Positions 6,663 through 7,231 of a DNA stretch of 7,231 bases are shown here, piece by piece. The stretch's first letter is position 1. Each line of letters begins with the position of its first letter. Both the position numbers and the translations under genes were made by a program. The DNA comes from Tubiluchus corallicola (lineage: Eukaryota; Animalia; Priapulida). The stretch spans positions 1 through 7,231 of the forward strand of contig JAQGDQ010002234.1 of NCBI GenBank assembly GCA_030141605.1. Reading direction: 5' to 3'. Under the pieces are notes generated by a model. The model did no database searches and was not told where the DNA came from. It saw only the letters and a program-made list of their open reading frames with translations.

Positions 6663-7231
6663 ATACATCAGCATTTTGGCCTTTCGTGAGCAACAGCTGT
6701 AGTTGTTGTTTTACATTTTACCTGTCATTTGATTCTCTCCGCCATTGCTCTATTTTCTTAGGCATTGTGACTGTGAATTTCTTACGAATTTATTGTTGTG
6801 ACGTCGTTGTTCTTAGGGCTAGTTGGAGTTCTCATTCTTGTCTTTGTAACTGCTAAAGGCTCTAAGAACGTAAGTTACTATAAAAGTTATAATTAACTAC
6901 GTAAGTTATAATTAATTTCTATATAGTCTACATAATTTTTATATCAGTTCTTAGTTATACACTTAATCGTGCAACTAATTCTCTTCTACTCAATGTAAAT
7001 AAAACTAAATGTTGATAATTGTATTTTTGTTTTTGTTTTGTTTCTCTCGGAAGGCTCGTAGAGAAAACCAGAAAACACTTCTTCAAATTAAACTAGTTTA
7101 TTATGCGAGAATTCTACAACACAAAAGTATGAAGGAACGCGAAATGATTACAGTAAACGTGAAAATCTGGAAAACGTTTGAGTGTATCTGAAAATACAAG
7201 TATACAAGAGAATGTGTAAGTGGCGTCCGTG

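Noticed and set aside
7009-7191. ORF following a pyrimidine tract as the next TTLL exon
   Set aside because: The frame compatible with the phase-2 junction stops quickly, and no TTLL motifs appear in any frame.

Overview
AT-rich, repeat-dense, intron-rich DNA from an invertebrate animal; the 5S-derived sequence and the GPCR exon look mollusc/lophotrochozoan-like. Almost all ORFs in the supplied track are repeat artefacts, and the real coding content is spliced. (i) Three + strand exons (605-690, 2050-2178, 3279-3401) join in frame through GT-AG introns into 112 aa of a tubulin-tyrosine-ligase-like (TTLL, TTLL4/5-like) ATP-grasp domain with several non-canonical active-site residues. (ii) One - strand exon (5300-5210) encodes TM7 (NPxxY) of a leucokinin-receptor-like neuropeptide GPCR, so two genes appear interleaved on opposite strands. 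(iii) A complete ~560-bp SINE (6091-6651) has a near full-length 5S rRNA head, an RTE-LINE-like structured body, a 3' stem-loop, a (CAA)n tail and an 11-bp target-site duplication. The rest is minisatellites (78, 73, 49, 43 and ~36-48 bp units) and microsatellites. The 43-bp array is an amplification of the TTLL exon's own 5' splice site. The 78-bp array has one fully open - strand frame behind a splice-acceptor-like site.
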